DNA of 64,000 bases from an uncultured Clostridia bacterium (GTDB lineage Bacteria > Bacillota > Clostridia > Christensenellales > UBA1242): the NCBI GenBank assembly GCA_944332395.1, contig CALVJV010000009.1, positions 27,288 through 91,287 of the forward strand, written 5' to 3'. Positions within the stretch are counted from its first letter, which is position 1; each line of letters opens with the position of its first letter. Under the pieces are notes generated by a model. That model had not been told where the DNA came from. It saw only the letters and a list, made by a program, of their open reading frames with translations, and made no database searches. A program made the position numbers and the translations under genes. Positions 9,872-20,298 of this stretch are shown here, piece after piece.

Positions 9872-10102
9872 ATGACATTTGAAAAGGTTGTTGATATTTT
9901 ATCTAAACAATTAGGGATAGAAAAAAATAAAATAAATAAGAATACAAACATAGCAACGGATTTGGGTGCCGATTCTTTAGATTTAGTCGAAATTTTGATG
10001 AGTTTAGAAGATGAATTTAGTGTTTCAATACCCGATGAAGCTATACCTGAAATAAAAACGGTTGATGATTTAGTTAGATATATTGATTCCCAAAAGAAAT
10101 AA
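9872..10102 (+). CDS. acpP: acyl carrier protein
   Basis: 76 aa with the phosphopantetheine attachment motif LGADSLDLVEILMSLEDEF. Confidence 0.85.
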   Translation: MTFEKVVDILSKQLGIEKNKINKNTNIATDLGADSLDLVEILMSLEDEFSVSIPDEAIPEIKTVDDLVRYIDSQKK

Positions 10103-10270
10103 CTAGAAATTGAATTTTGTTTGAATAATTTTTGTGAAAAGTGTTGACAATGATTGACAAATTGTGATATCCTATTTTTTGGACTTATTTATTGTAAAAA
10201 AGTGATAAGTAAGTTTTGTTATTTTTAATATTTTTTAAATTTGCACTCAAACATTAATCAAGGAGAGCGT

Positions 10271-13200
10271 ATGGCAATTAAATCAGAATTAAAGAAAATT
10301 AAGTGTGGTCGCCACGAGAGATATTTATTTGGGAAGATTGATGAGGTGCTGGATTTACCATACCTATTGGAAATACAAAAAGACTCATATCAAAAATTTT
10401 TAACGGAGGGGATTGCGAGTGTCTTACGCGATTGCTCTCCTATTTCTGATTCAGACAACACAAATAAAGAAGAAAAAGATGATCAAGCAAATAAAGTAGA
10501 AGTTTATTTTCTTGATCATTATATTGCTGGAAAACCTAAATATTCTATTGAAGAGTGTCGTTCTAGAGATGTAACTTATTCGGTGCCGCTAAAAGTAAAG
10601 GTTAGACTTGTTTATAAAGAAACCGGAGAAGTTGTCGATCAAGACATTTTTCTTGGCGATGTTCCATTAATGACAGAAAATGGGTCATTTATTGTAAATG
10701 GGGCGGAAAGGGTTGTTGTTTCACAATTGGTTAGAAGTCCAGGTGTTTGTTGCAAACAAGGTGTAAATAAGTCTGGAAATTTTGTTACAGAAACTGCGAT
10801 TATGCCTGCTCGTGGTGCATGGTTAGAGTTTGAAGAGGATCAAAGTGGTATTTTATATGTTCATATAGACAGAAACAGAAAAATGTTAGCCACTGTTCTG
10901 TTGCGTGGGTTGGGCATATCAAGTAATGAGCAAATTTTAGAGTTGTTTGATAATCACCCAACAATTAGGAAGACAATTGAAAAAGATTTTACTCAAAACG
11001 AAGAAGATGCGCTTGTTGAGTTGTCAAAAAGATTAAGACCTGGCGAGGTTTTAAATCTAAAAGCAATTAAAAAATATATTTTGAATTTGTTTTACAATCC
11101 AAGAAAGTATGATATTTCTAGGGTTGGTAGATTTAAATTTAATGAAAAATTGTCTGTTGCAAATAGAATAGAAAATTTGAAGTTGTCGCGTGATGTAAAA
11201 GTTGGCAACAAAGTGATTGCAAAGGCTGGCGAAGTTGTTTCTTTGGAACGAGGAAATGCTATTCAGGAAGCTGGTGTTAATATTGTATATGTTGAAACTC
11301 CAAAAGGGGAATTTAAGGTTATAGGGAATAATAGGGTTTCATTGAATTCGCTAATTAATGTGAAGCCACTGGATTTAGGTATAAAAGAAAAAATTCACTA
11401 TCCAACCTATTTGGACATAATAAAAGATGCAAACAACATTGAAGATAAAAAAAGAATAATTGCCGAAAACGCTGACATTTTGATGGGCAGGCATATTGTT
11501 CTTGATGATATCATTTCTGCTATTAACTATCATTTGTCAATTGGAATGGGAATAGGAAAACTTGATGATGTTGATCATTTAGGGAATAGACGAGTAAAGA
11601 CAGTTGGTGAACTATTAAAAAATCAATTTATGATTGGTATGACAAAACTTGAAAAAGTTATTCGTGAGAGAATTCAAGTTCAAACCATTTCAGAAATTAC
11701 GCCAAGTTCTTTGATTAATTCTAGACCAATTACTGCGGCTTTGCGTGAATTTTTCATTTCGTCTCAAATGTCGCAATTTATGGAGCAAACAAACCCAATT
11801 GCTTCGTTGACTCATAAAAGAAAACTAACAACGCTTGGGCCAGGAGGCTTGTCTAGAGAAAGAGCTTCTTTTGATGTTCGTGATGTTCATTACACGCATT
11901 ATGGTAGGTTGTGTGCAAATGAAACGCCTGAAAGTCAGAATATTGGATTAATAAACTCTTTTGCTACATATGCAAAAATTAATGAATATGGGTTTATTGA
12001 AGCTCCCTACAGAAAGGTTAATAAGGAAACAGGTGAAGTTACAAAAGAAGTTGTATATCTAAATGCAAATGAGGAAGATAGACTGGTTGTTGCACAAGCA
12101 AACGAACCTTTGACAGATGACAATAAATTTGTAAATGCGCGTGTTATTTGTAGGCACAAAGGTGAAATTGTTGAATTGCCAAGAGAGCAAGTGGATTTTA
12201 TGGATGTTTCACCAAAGGCTCTAATTTCTGTTGCAACTTCTTTGATGCCATTTATTGAAAACGATGAGTCTTCTCGTGCGATGATTGCTTCAAACATGCA
12301 GCGACAAGCGGTTCCTTTGCTAAAACCAGAGGCTCCACTAGTGGCCACGGGTATTGAGCATAGGTTAGCATTGGATAGTGGGGCAATAATTACTGCAAAA
12401 GATGCTGGCGTTGTAAAGTATGTTTCTGCAAATAAGATTATAATTGCAAAAAAAGATGGAACCGAAGATGAATATGTCCTTGAAAAATTTACTAGATCAA
12501 ACCAAGGAACATGTATAAATCAAAGACCAATTGTAAATAAAGGTGATAAGGTTTTAAAGGGTGATGTAATTGCTGATGGTCCTTCTACATCTGGAGGAGA
12601 GTTGTCAATTGGTAAAAATATTCTTGTTGCGTTCATGCCTTGGGAAGGATACAACTATGAAGATGCTATTTTGATTTCAGATGAATTAGTTAGAGATGAT
12701 GTATTAACATCTATTCATATTGAGAAAAAAGAGATTGATGCAAGAGACACAAAACTTGGACCAGAAGATATTACAAGAGACATTCCAAATATTGGTGAAG
12801 ACGCACTAAAAAATTTGGATGAGAATGGCATAATACGAATTGGAGCAGAAGTTTCTGCTGGAGACATTTTAGTCGGAAAAGTAACTCCAAAGGGTGAAAC
12901 TGAGTTAACACCAGAAGAACGTTTGTTGAGGGCTATTTTTGGAGAGAAAGCTAGAGAGGTTCGTGATACATCTTTGCGCGTACAACATGGCGAAGGTGGA
13001 ATTGTTGTGGACGTTAAAGTCTTTACCCGTGAAAATAAAGATGAACTTGATACTGGTGTTAATAAACTTGTTAGAGTGTATATTGCACAAAAGAGAAAAA
13101 TGATGGTTGGCGATAAAATGTCTGGTCGTCATGGAAACAAAGGTGTTGTTTCTCGAATATTGCCTGCTGAAGATATGCCGTTTTTGCCTGACGGAACACC

Positions 13201-14008
13201 AATTCAAATTGTTTTAAACCCGATGGGTGTTCCATCTCGTATGAACATTGGACAGTTGTTTGAAACTCATTTGGGCTTAGTTGCAAAATCGTTGAATTGG
13301 AAAATTGCAACTCCAGTTTTTGATGGTGCAAAAGGCGATCAAATTCAGCAATTATTGAAAGAAAATGGATATCCAGAAGATGGAAAGATTCAGTTATATG
13401 ATGGCCGAACTGGAGAGCCATTTGAAAATACTGCAACTGTTGGTTATATGTATATGCTTAAGTTGATCCATTTGGTTGAAGACAAGGTTCATGCAAGATC
13501 TACTGGTCCATATTCATTAGTAACACAACAGCCGCTTGGTGGCCGTGCTCAATTTGGTGGACAGCGTTTCGGTGAAATGGAAGTTTGGGCACTTGAAGCT
13601 TATGGAGCTGCCAACATTTTGCAAGAAATGTTGACTGTTAAGTCTGATGATGTAGTTGGCAGAACAAAGACTTATGAATCTATTATAAAGTCTCAAAACG
13701 TTTCTGAACCTGGAATTCCGGAATCGTTTAAAGTATTAATCAAAGAATTGCAAGGTTTGGCTTTGGATATAAAAGTATTAACAGAAGATAATCAAGAAAT
13801 TGGTTTGCGTGAGTTAGTTGAAGATGATAGAGATTTAGTAGATGTTATGGCTACTAAACATGACAATACAGATGAGATAGAATTGGCTTTAGATGAAATT
13901 GAAAACAGTTCATCAATTGATGATGAATCAGCTCCAGAAGAGTTGGAAGATGATGAGGATCTAATGGGTGCTGATAGCATATTTGAATTTGAAGATTTAG
14001 ATGATTAA
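10271..14008 (+). CDS. rpoB: DNA-directed RNA polymerase subunit beta
   Basis: Canonical beta-subunit sequence throughout ([13 protein letters not shown], the [16 protein letters not shown]...GPGGL Rif region, [26 protein letters not shown]). I prefer ATG 10271, preceded by SD AAGGAGAG, over the upstream TTG at 10241. The C-terminal tail is acidic. Confidence 0.97.
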   Translation: MAIKSELKKIKCGRHERYLFGKIDEVLDLPYLLEIQKDSYQKFLTEGIASVLRDCSPISDSDNTNKEEKDDQANKVEVYFLDHYIAGKPKYSIEECRSRDVTYSVPLKVKVRLVYKETGEVVDQDIFLGDVPLMTENGSFIVNGAERVVVSQLVRSPGVCCKQGVNKSGNFVTETAIMPARGAWLEFEEDQSGILYVHIDRNRKMLATVLLRGLGISSNEQILELFDNHPTIRKTIEKDFTQNEEDALVELSKRLRPGEVLNLKAIKKYILNLFYNPRKYDISRVGRFKFNEKLSVANRIENLKLSRDVKVGNKVIAKAGEVVSLERGNAIQEAGVNIVYVETPKGEFKVIGNNRVSLNSLINVKPLDLGIKEKIHYPTYLDIIKDANNIEDKKRIIAENADILMGRHIVLDDIISAINYHLSIGMGIGKLDDVDHLGNRRVKTVGELLKNQFMIGMTKLEKVIRERIQVQTISEITPSSLINSRPITAALREFFISSQMSQFMEQTNPIASLTHKRKLTTLGPGGLSRERASFDVRDVHYTHYGRLCANETPESQNIGLINSFATYAKINEYGFIEAPYRKVNKETGEVTKEVVYLNANEEDRLVVAQANEPLTDDNKFVNARVICRHKGEIVELPREQVDFMDVSPKALISVATSLMPFIENDESSRAMIASNMQRQAVPLLKPEAPLVATGIEHRLALDSGAIITAKDAGVVKYVSANKIIIAKKDGTEDEYVLEKFTRSNQGTCINQRPIVNKGDKVLKGDVIADGPSTSGGELSIGKNILVAFMPWEGYNYEDAILISDELVRDDVLTSIHIEKKEIDARDTKLGPEDITRDIPNIGEDALKNLDENGIIRIGAEVSAGDILVGKVTPKGETELTPEERLLRAIFGEKAREVRDTSLRVQHGEGGIVVDVKVFTRENKDELDTGVNKLVRVYIAQKRKMMVGDKMSGRHGNKGVVSRILPAEDMPFLPDGTPIQIVLNPMGVPSRMNIGQLFETHLGLVAKSLNWKIATPVFDGAKGDQIQQLLKENGYPEDGKIQLYDGRTGEPFENTATVGYMYMLKLIHLVEDKVHARSTGPYSLVTQQPLGGRAQFGGQRFGEMEVWALEAYGAANILQEMLTVKSDDVVGRTKTYESIIKSQNVSEPGIPESFKVLIKELQGLALDIKVLTEDNQEIGLRELVEDDRDLVDVMATKHDNTDEIELALDEIENSSSIDDESAPEELEDDEDLMGADSIFEFEDLDD

Positions 14009-14037
14009 AAGCAAAAGGTTGCCTTTGGGGGGAAATA

Positions 14038-17000
14038 ATGTTTGAATTAAATAACTTTGACTCAATGCAGGTGGGAATTGCGAGCCCAGAAAAAATTCGA
14101 GAATGGTCTTATGGCGAAGTTACAAAGCCAGAAACTATTAATTACAGGACGCAAAAGCCAGAAAGAGATGGTCTTTTTTGTGAACGTATTTTTGGACCAA
14201 CAAAAGACTGGGAGTGCCATTGCGGAAAATATAAGCGCATTAGATATAAAGGTGTTATTTGTGACAAATGTGGTGTTGAAGTAACTAAAAGCAAAGTGCG
14301 ACGTGAAAGAATGGGGCATATTGAATTAGTTTCTCCTGTTTGTCATATTTGGTATTTTAAAGGAGTTCCTTCAAAAATTGGGACGGTGTTAGATATGTCG
14401 ATGAAGGCATTAGAACAGGTTCTTTATTTTACAGCTTTTGTTGTTACTGATCCTGGTCAAACACCACTGGAATATAAGCAAATTTTAACAGACAGAGAAT
14501 ATCGTGAAGCTCAAGAAATGTATGGTGCAAAAGCATTTAAAGCTGGTATGGGAGCAGAGGCAATAAAAGAACTTCTTTCTCATGTTGATGTTGAAAAAGA
14601 AACCAACGAATTACGTGAGTTAGTAGCTGTTTCTAAGGGGCAGAAAAAAATCAAAGCAGCCAAAAAGTTGGAAATAATGGAAGCATTCTATAAAAATCAT
14701 GTTGAACCAAAGTGGATGATATTGGATGTTTTGCCTGTTATTCCACCAGAATTAAGACCAATGGTTCCACTAGATGGTGGTCGTTTTGCTACGAGTGATT
14801 TAAATGATTTATACAGAAGAGTAATTACCAGAAACCATAGATTAAAGAAATTAATGGAGTTAGGTGCTCCAGATGTTATTATTCGTAATGAAAAGAGAAT
14901 GTTGCAAGAAGCGGTTGATGCTTTGATTGATAATGGGCGCAGAGGAAAACCAATTACAGGAGCCGGAAATAGAGAATTAAAATCGTTGTCTGCATTATTG
15001 CGTGGAAAACAAGGCCGATTCCGTCAGAATTTGCTCGGAAAGAGAGTCGATTATTCTGGTCGTTCTGTAATAGTTGTTGGACCTAGTTTGAAGATATATC
15101 AATGTGGGCTTCCAAAAGAAATGGCTTTGGAATTGTTTAAACCATTTGTGATGAAGCGGTTAGTTGATTTGAATCATTCTCACAATGTAAAGAGTGCTAA
15201 GAGAATTGTTGAGAGAGCGCGTCCTGTTGTTTGGGATGTTTTGGAAGAGGTAATTAAAGATCACCCTGTTTTGTTAAACCGTGCTCCAACTCTTCATAGA
15301 CTCGGAATACAGGCTTTTGAACCAGTGCTTATTGAAGGTAAAGCTATTCAGTTGCATCCATTAACTTGTCCTGCTTTTAATGCTGACTTTGATGGTGACC
15401 AAATGCCTGTTCATGTTCCGTTGTCTGTTGAAGCTCAGGCTGAAGCGAGATTTTTGATGATTGCTTCAAATAACATACTTAAATTATCTGATGGTGAACC
15501 GATTACTGTTCCAACACAGGACATGATTTATGGTAACTATTATTTAACATTTGAGAGAGCCGGTGTTAAAGGTGAAGGGAAGATTTTTAGAGACGAAGAT
15601 GAAGCTGTTATGGCATACGAAGTTGGTGAATTGTCTTTACATGCAAAAATAAAAGTGCGTAGGACTGCAGAATGGAATGGTGAGAATGTTTCTGGGCTTG
15701 TTGAAACGACCGTTGGTCGGTTGATTTTTAACCATATAATTCCACAAAATCTTGGGTATGTTGACAGAACAAAGCGTGAAAATGTTATTTTACCAGAAAT
15801 TAATTTTATTGCAAGAAGTTCAGACATAAAAAAGATAATAAAGCTATGTTATAACAAGTGTGGCCCAACGGAAACAGCAATTTTATTAGACAATTTAAAA
15901 GATTATGGATTTAAATATTCTACAAAATCTGCTGTTACGGCGTGCTTATATGATATTACGATTCCAAAAGATAGAGAAAGAATAATATCAGAATATGATC
16001 AAAAAGCTATTGAAGTAGAGAAAATGTTTAAGAGAGGTTTGATTACCTCTGATGAAAAGAGTAGAAACATTTTCCAAATTTGGAGTGCTGCCCAAAAAGA
16101 TATGACAGAAGCCGTTATGAAAGAATATAGCAGCACAAACCCATTTAAAATGCTTTCTGATTCTGGTGCTCGTGGTAAGGCAAACCATATGACGATGATG
16201 AGTGGTATGCGTGGAATACAGAGTTCTACTTCTGGAAAGATAATAGAGGTTCCTATTCGTTCGTCATTTAGAAGTGGGGCTAGTGTTATTGAATACTTTA
16301 TTTCTACGCGTGGTGGTAGAAAGGGTATGGTTGATAAATCTCTAAAAACTGCAGATGCAGGCTATTTAACGAGAAGATTAGTTGATGTTGCACAGAATGT
16401 TGTTATTACCGAAGAAGATTGCTTTGAATCTCTAGGTGAAAAGGTTAAAGGCGTTGAGGTGTCTGCAATAATGGATGGCTCAGCAGTCCTTGAAAAACTG
16501 TCAGATAGAATTTATGGAAGATTTGCAGCTAGTGATGTTATTAATCCAAAGACTGGTGAAGTTATGGTAAAAACAAATGAAATGATAACTGAAGAACAAG
16601 CAAAAGCTATTGAAGATGCTGGTATTAAATCTGTTAACATCAGAACGGTTTCAAGTTGCAAATGTAAAAATGGTGTTTGTGCAAAATGTTATGGAAGAGA
16701 TATGGCAACGCGTGATGTTGTTAAGGTTGGTGAAGCCGTTGGAATTATTTCGGCTCAATCTATTGGTGAACCTGGAACGCAGTTGACCATGGACTCAAAA
16801 CACTCAGGTGGTGCCGCAAGTGAAGAAGATATAACCCAAGGTTTACCTCGTGTTGAAGAAATTTTTGAAGCACGAAAACCAAAAGGCGTTGCAATCATGA
16901 GCGAAGTTGCTGGTGTGGTTAAGGTGGCAGATGTAGCAAAGCAACAGGTTGTTGTTACTACAAATGAAGGATTTGATGTTTCCTATTCAATTCCATATGG

Positions 17001-17553
17001 TGCTAAATTAAAAGTAAAAGTCGGCAGCAAAGTTGTTCCTGGAGATACTTTCACTGAAGGACCACTTAACCCCTACGATATACTTAAGACAAAGGGCGTT
17101 AAAGATGTTCAAAATTACATTATTACCGAAATTCATAAAGTATATAAAAAGAATGGTATTGATGTTAACGACAAACATATTGAGATTATTTTACGTCAGA
17201 TGTTACGTAGAGTAAAAATCGAAGATTCTGGAGACTCCAGTTATATTCCAGGGGAATTTGTTGACATTTATAAATATGAGTTAGAAAACGAAAGATTATT
17301 AGCAGAGGGTAAAGAACCAGCAACAGCAAAGCGTGCATTATTGGCTATAACTAAAGCAGCTTTACAAACAGAATCGTTCCTATCTGCAGCAGCTTTCCAA
17401 GAAACAGTTAGGGTTTTGACAGATGCTGCTGTCAAGGGTAAAAGTGATCCATTGGTCGGATTAAAAGAAAATGTTATTATTGGTAAACTAATTCCGGCAG
17501 GTACTGGTTTAAAGCGTTATAGAGAAGTTTCTCCATTGGAATCTGTCGAATAA
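14038..17553 (+). CDS. rpoC: DNA-directed RNA polymerase subunit beta'
   Basis: Zn-binding [23 protein letters not shown], catalytic NADFDGDQM, bridge helix [17 protein letters not shown]. The trigger loop is present but atypical (see findings). Confidence 0.97.
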   Translation: MFELNNFDSMQVGIASPEKIREWSYGEVTKPETINYRTQKPERDGLFCERIFGPTKDWECHCGKYKRIRYKGVICDKCGVEVTKSKVRRERMGHIELVSPVCHIWYFKGVPSKIGTVLDMSMKALEQVLYFTAFVVTDPGQTPLEYKQILTDREYREAQEMYGAKAFKAGMGAEAIKELLSHVDVEKETNELRELVAVSKGQKKIKAAKKLEIMEAFYKNHVEPKWMILDVLPVIPPELRPMVPLDGGRFATSDLNDLYRRVITRNHRLKKLMELGAPDVIIRNEKRMLQEAVDALIDNGRRGKPITGAGNRELKSLSALLRGKQGRFRQNLLGKRVDYSGRSVIVVGPSLKIYQCGLPKEMALELFKPFVMKRLVDLNHSHNVKSAKRIVERARPVVWDVLEEVIKDHPVLLNRAPTLHRLGIQAFEPVLIEGKAIQLHPLTCPAFNADFDGDQMPVHVPLSVEAQAEARFLMIASNNILKLSDGEPITVPTQDMIYGNYYLTFERAGVKGEGKIFRDEDEAVMAYEVGELSLHAKIKVRRTAEWNGENVSGLVETTVGRLIFNHIIPQNLGYVDRTKRENVILPEINFIARSSDIKKIIKLCYNKCGPTETAILLDNLKDYGFKYSTKSAVTACLYDITIPKDRERIISEYDQKAIEVEKMFKRGLITSDEKSRNIFQIWSAAQKDMTEAVMKEYSSTNPFKMLSDSGARGKANHMTMMSGMRGIQSSTSGKIIEVPIRSSFRSGASVIEYFISTRGGRKGMVDKSLKTADAGYLTRRLVDVAQNVVITEEDCFESLGEKVKGVEVSAIMDGSAVLEKLSDRIYGRFAASDVINPKTGEVMVKTNEMITEEQAKAIEDAGIKSVNIRTVSSCKCKNGVCAKCYGRDMATRDVVKVGEAVGIISAQSIGEPGTQLTMDSKHSGGAASEEDITQGLPRVEEIFEARKPKGVAIMSEVAGVVKVADVAKQQVVVTTNEGFDVSYSIPYGAKLKVKVGSKVVPGDTFTEGPLNPYDILKTKGVKDVQNYIITEIHKVYKKNGIDVNDKHIEIILRQMLRRVKIEDSGDSSYIPGEFVDIYKYELENERLLAEGKEPATAKRALLAITKAALQTESFLSAAAFQETVRVLTDAAVKGKSDPLVGLKENVIIGKLIPAGTGLKRYREVSPLESVE

Positions 17554-17568
17554 AAAAAATGTGTTAAA

Positions 17569-17595
17569 GAGCCCGAAATTTATCGGGCTTTTTTG
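17569..17595 (+). terminator. rho-independent terminator after rpoC
   Basis: GCCCGA (17571-17576), loop AATTTA, TCGGGC (17583-17588), then TTTTTT. Confidence 0.7.
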
Positions 17596-17617
17596 TGAAT
17601 ATTTTTAAAATGGGTAT

Positions 17618-17645
17618 TTACAAACTTGAGATTTAATGTTACAAT
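17618..17645 (+). promoter_or_regulatory. sigma-A type promoter for the three-gene cassette
   Basis: TTACAA (17618-17623), 16 nt, TACAAT (17640-17645). Confidence 0.45.
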
Positions 17646-17731
17646 AAAACTACTAAACCGAAGTAGGTAACAAAAAGATTTTACAAATCATTTTTTGTAT
17701 GTTAAAATAAACAAACAAAGAGGTGAATTGT

Positions 17732-18058
17732 ATGAAATTTTTGGTTTATCCTGCGGTATTAGAAAAGGACGAAACTCAAAGTACATATTGTTTTAATTTT
17801 CCAGATTTGAACATAGTATCTCCAGGAGTTTCGATCGAGAGAGCTTATTTAAAAGCATGTTCGGATTTTCAAGCTTATATTTCTTTTTCTGAAAAATTTG
17901 ATTTTCCAATAGCAGATCCAACGCCTTTTGAAAATTTGGTTAAATCAAACCCTAAAAAACATGTTATGTTGTTTAGAGCTAAAATAAGTGGAGAAGTAGT
18001 AAGTTTAAGCAATGATGAACTAGCATATAAGCGATTAGTAGAGTCTATGTTTGAGTGA
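17732..18058 (+). CDS. HicB-like (UPF0150 fold) domain protein, no HicA partner
   Basis: 108 aa from ATG 17732 (SD AGAGGTG). The pattern YPAVLEKDE..TYCFNFPDL...G.SIERAYLKACSDFQAY....FDFPIADP matches the HicB-like antitoxin N-terminal domain. I see no RHH or HTH tail. Confidence 0.55.
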   Translation: MKFLVYPAVLEKDETQSTYCFNFPDLNIVSPGVSIERAYLKACSDFQAYISFSEKFDFPIADPTPFENLVKSNPKKHVMLFRAKISGEVVSLSNDELAYKRLVESMFE

Positions 18059-18070
18059 GGAGAGTAAAAA

Positions 18071-18601
18071 ATGACTGAAAAGAATGAAATCAAAAATTCA
18101 TTGGTAGAAATTGTAAAAACTTCTATTTTGTTGGGTGCTTGGGCACAAGAATCGGAAAACGGAGTAATGTTTTGTTTTCCAGCTAGATTTTCTTCAGAAA
18201 ATAATTTGTCTGAAACAGAAAGACAAGCCATTGTTGAAAGAGGTGGATTTTCTATTGACGAAAAAATGACTAGTGGTGAAATTGTAACTATACATAAAAA
18301 TTTAGCTACAAGAGTTGCTTGTTTTATTTCGCGTAATTTCCCTGGAGTTAGTTCTGATTTATTTAACAAAGGAAACTTTAATCGTTCTAAGTCGACGACT
18401 GTGGTTAAGGGAATTGTTAATATCGATTTGTATAAAACAATGGAATATTTTGTGGGAATGTTGCAAAAAGAATCTTCACATCGTGAGATGATTATGCAGT
18501 CTTTTAATTCGCTTGAATTAGCGCAAAGGAATAGAAATAGCGCTGTATTAAAGAAAGCCTGCGAAGATCTATTAGATGCTGTTCTAGTTTATGGGAAATA
18601 A
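18071..18601 (+). CDS. hypothetical protein (176 aa), no recognised family
   Basis: SD AGGAGAG lies 7 nt upstream and the gap to the previous gene is 12 nt. The amino-acid composition looks coding, whereas the antisense ORF 17875-18369 looks like a shadow ORF. Confidence 0.5.
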   Translation: MTEKNEIKNSLVEIVKTSILLGAWAQESENGVMFCFPARFSSENNLSETERQAIVERGGFSIDEKMTSGEIVTIHKNLATRVACFISRNFPGVSSDLFNKGNFNRSKSTTVVKGIVNIDLYKTMEYFVGMLQKESSHREMIMQSFNSLELAQRNRNSAVLKKACEDLLDAVLVYGK

Positions 18602-18604
18602 TTG

Positions 18605-19147
18605 ATGGTAGAAAAAAAATCAATACAAAGTTTGGCAGAACTTGCTCAAGCTGTTGGCTGGAGAAAGGTTGCCGACGATAAAGGATTTCGTAGTTATGAA
18701 TATAAAAAAGATGTGTCACGGAGTGAAAGTGTGACATATCTTTTGCGTATATTTGATGAACAAAATTCAGAGGATTTTTATCAAACTTTATTTATAATCA
18801 ATAATGTTTTGCCAAGACCATTGAAGAAAAAAATTAGAAAGATTACAAGGCGTTTAAAACCTGATGATATGCCCAATGTTATTGATGTTATTAAATTTGC
18901 GATTGATGAACATAAAAAAAAGACGACTTACTCAAAGTTAAAAAATTATGGGCTTATTCTTAATGTTGATATTGAGAAATTGGGCTATTTTGAAGAATAT
19001 GAAACAAGCAGAAGAAAAGAATTAGAAATTTTAGCAAAAATTGAGGCGCATCTTCCAATGGAATTGGCTCCCGAGGTCGGCAAAATAAAGAAAATTGAAT
19101 ATAAAATGGCTTATATTAGAACTCATAGTCATTCTTTTGAGGATTGA
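18605..19147 (+). CDS. hypothetical protein (180 aa), Lys/Arg-rich centre, no recognised family
   Basis: The ATG lies 3 nt after the previous stop (an alternative TTG is at 18602). The product contains KKKIRKITRRLKPDD. Its stop codon is 3 nt from the stop of the convergent amidase gene. Confidence 0.5.
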   Translation: MVEKKSIQSLAELAQAVGWRKVADDKGFRSYEYKKDVSRSESVTYLLRIFDEQNSEDFYQTLFIINNVLPRPLKKKIRKITRRLKPDDMPNVIDVIKFAIDEHKKKTTYSKLKNYGLILNVDIEKLGYFEEYETSRRKELEILAKIEAHLPMELAPEVGKIKKIEYKMAYIRTHSHSFED

Positions 19148-19150
19148 AAT

Positions 19151-19858
19151 TTATGCTAATAGACTTGGCATTGAAAGATATTTTACTATTCCGCAAAATA
19201 TAGCATAAGCGACTTTATCTTGGTAAGATTCTGTTGTTAGTAATTTCTCGTCTTCTATGTTTGATAAATATCCGCATTCGGCTATAATTGATGCTGTTTC
19301 AGTGCATTTTACCATAAAGTAATCGCCAGTTGATGGGGCTTTGTCACTTTTTTCTAATTGATTTTTAAATTCCTCCTGAACGCAAGTTGCAAGTTTTTCA
19401 CCAAGTATATTCCCTTCGTTATAAAAGGTTTGTGCACCTCTTAGGCTTTTGTTAGTAAACCTGTTCATGTGAATGCTTACGACAACATCTGGATTAGCAG
19501 AATCAATAATATTTTTTCGTTTTGCCATGTCATCTTTTTTGTAATTTTTTGTATATATTCCATATAATCCATTTTTGTCTTCTCTTGTTAATATTACTTG
19601 TATTCCGGAAGCATCTAACAAGGTTTTTAATTTTTTTGATATTATTAGGTTTAAATCAGCTTCTTTTACCTTTGTTGCTATTCCAATCCCACCGGGATCA
19701 ATCCCTCCATGGCCAGCATCAATTACTACAGTGTATTTAATTGTAGATTGTTCAGCCAAAGATGTCTCTTGTGGATTTTGTACTATAAGGGTTAATAATA
19801 GTACAAATATAAATGATCCAATTAAGAAATAAATTTGAGCTTTTTCTAACTTTTTCAT
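19151..19858 (-). CDS. N-acetylmuramoyl-L-alanine amidase, CwlD-like (Amidase_3)
   Basis: N-terminal TM helix followed by VVIDAGHGGIDPGG, VSIHMNRF and ECGYLSN, the zinc amidase_3 motifs. Size and architecture resemble the germination-specific amidase CwlD. Confidence 0.85.
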   Translation of the reverse strand: MKKLEKAQIYFLIGSFIFVLLLTLIVQNPQETSLAEQSTIKYTVVIDAGHGGIDPGGIGIATKVKEADLNLIISKKLKTLLDASGIQVILTREDKNGLYGIYTKNYKKDDMAKRKNIIDSANPDVVVSIHMNRFTNKSLRGAQTFYNEGNILGEKLATCVQEEFKNQLEKSDKAPSTGDYFMVKCTETASIIAECGYLSNIEDEKLLTTESYQDKVAYAIFCGIVKYLSMPSLLA

Positions 19859-20298
19859 TTTACACCTATCATAGCATATGCATTAAGTTAATTGAGATAG
19901 AACAAAAAGCTTATTTATATTTTGATTTGGCTTTTTCGTTGAGAAATTATTTTGAAAAAAAGAGAAGAATAAAGTTTTAATTTGAAAGATAATAATTTTT
20001 TTATATTTTATTGTGGAATGTTAATTATGCATTTTTGATACAATGTTAAAAAACATAGTGTAAAAATTAATTTATTAAGAGAATTTAAGAGTATTCATTT
20101 ATTAAGTTAATTTGTCTAAAACAACTTCAAAAACTATTCAAAAACTTTATGTGTTTTTATAAAAATATATCATTTGATATATTTTTTCTTTTGTTTTTGG
20201 CTTTTTAATTCTCGACGGATTAAAATAAAGTTTTTTATGAAGTGGAATCAATTCATATTTTGCTTTAAATTTCCATAACTATGTTGTGAGGTGATTGT

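Noticed and set aside
10241-10270. Upstream TTG start for rpoB, and similar upstream alternative starts at 17723, 30960, 33755, 35988, 49960, 52907, 55495 and 63300
   Set aside because: In each case a downstream ATG has a properly spaced SD or promoter and gives an N-terminus matching the family. The upstream codon overlaps the SD, a terminator hairpin or non-coding sequence.
17875-18369. 164-aa minus-strand ORF overlapping cassette genes A and B
   Set aside because: The composition (Ser/Leu/Phe/Ile-rich, low complexity) is typical of the antisense shadow of AT-rich coding sequence. It has no SD. The plus-strand genes have SD sites and tight operon spacing.
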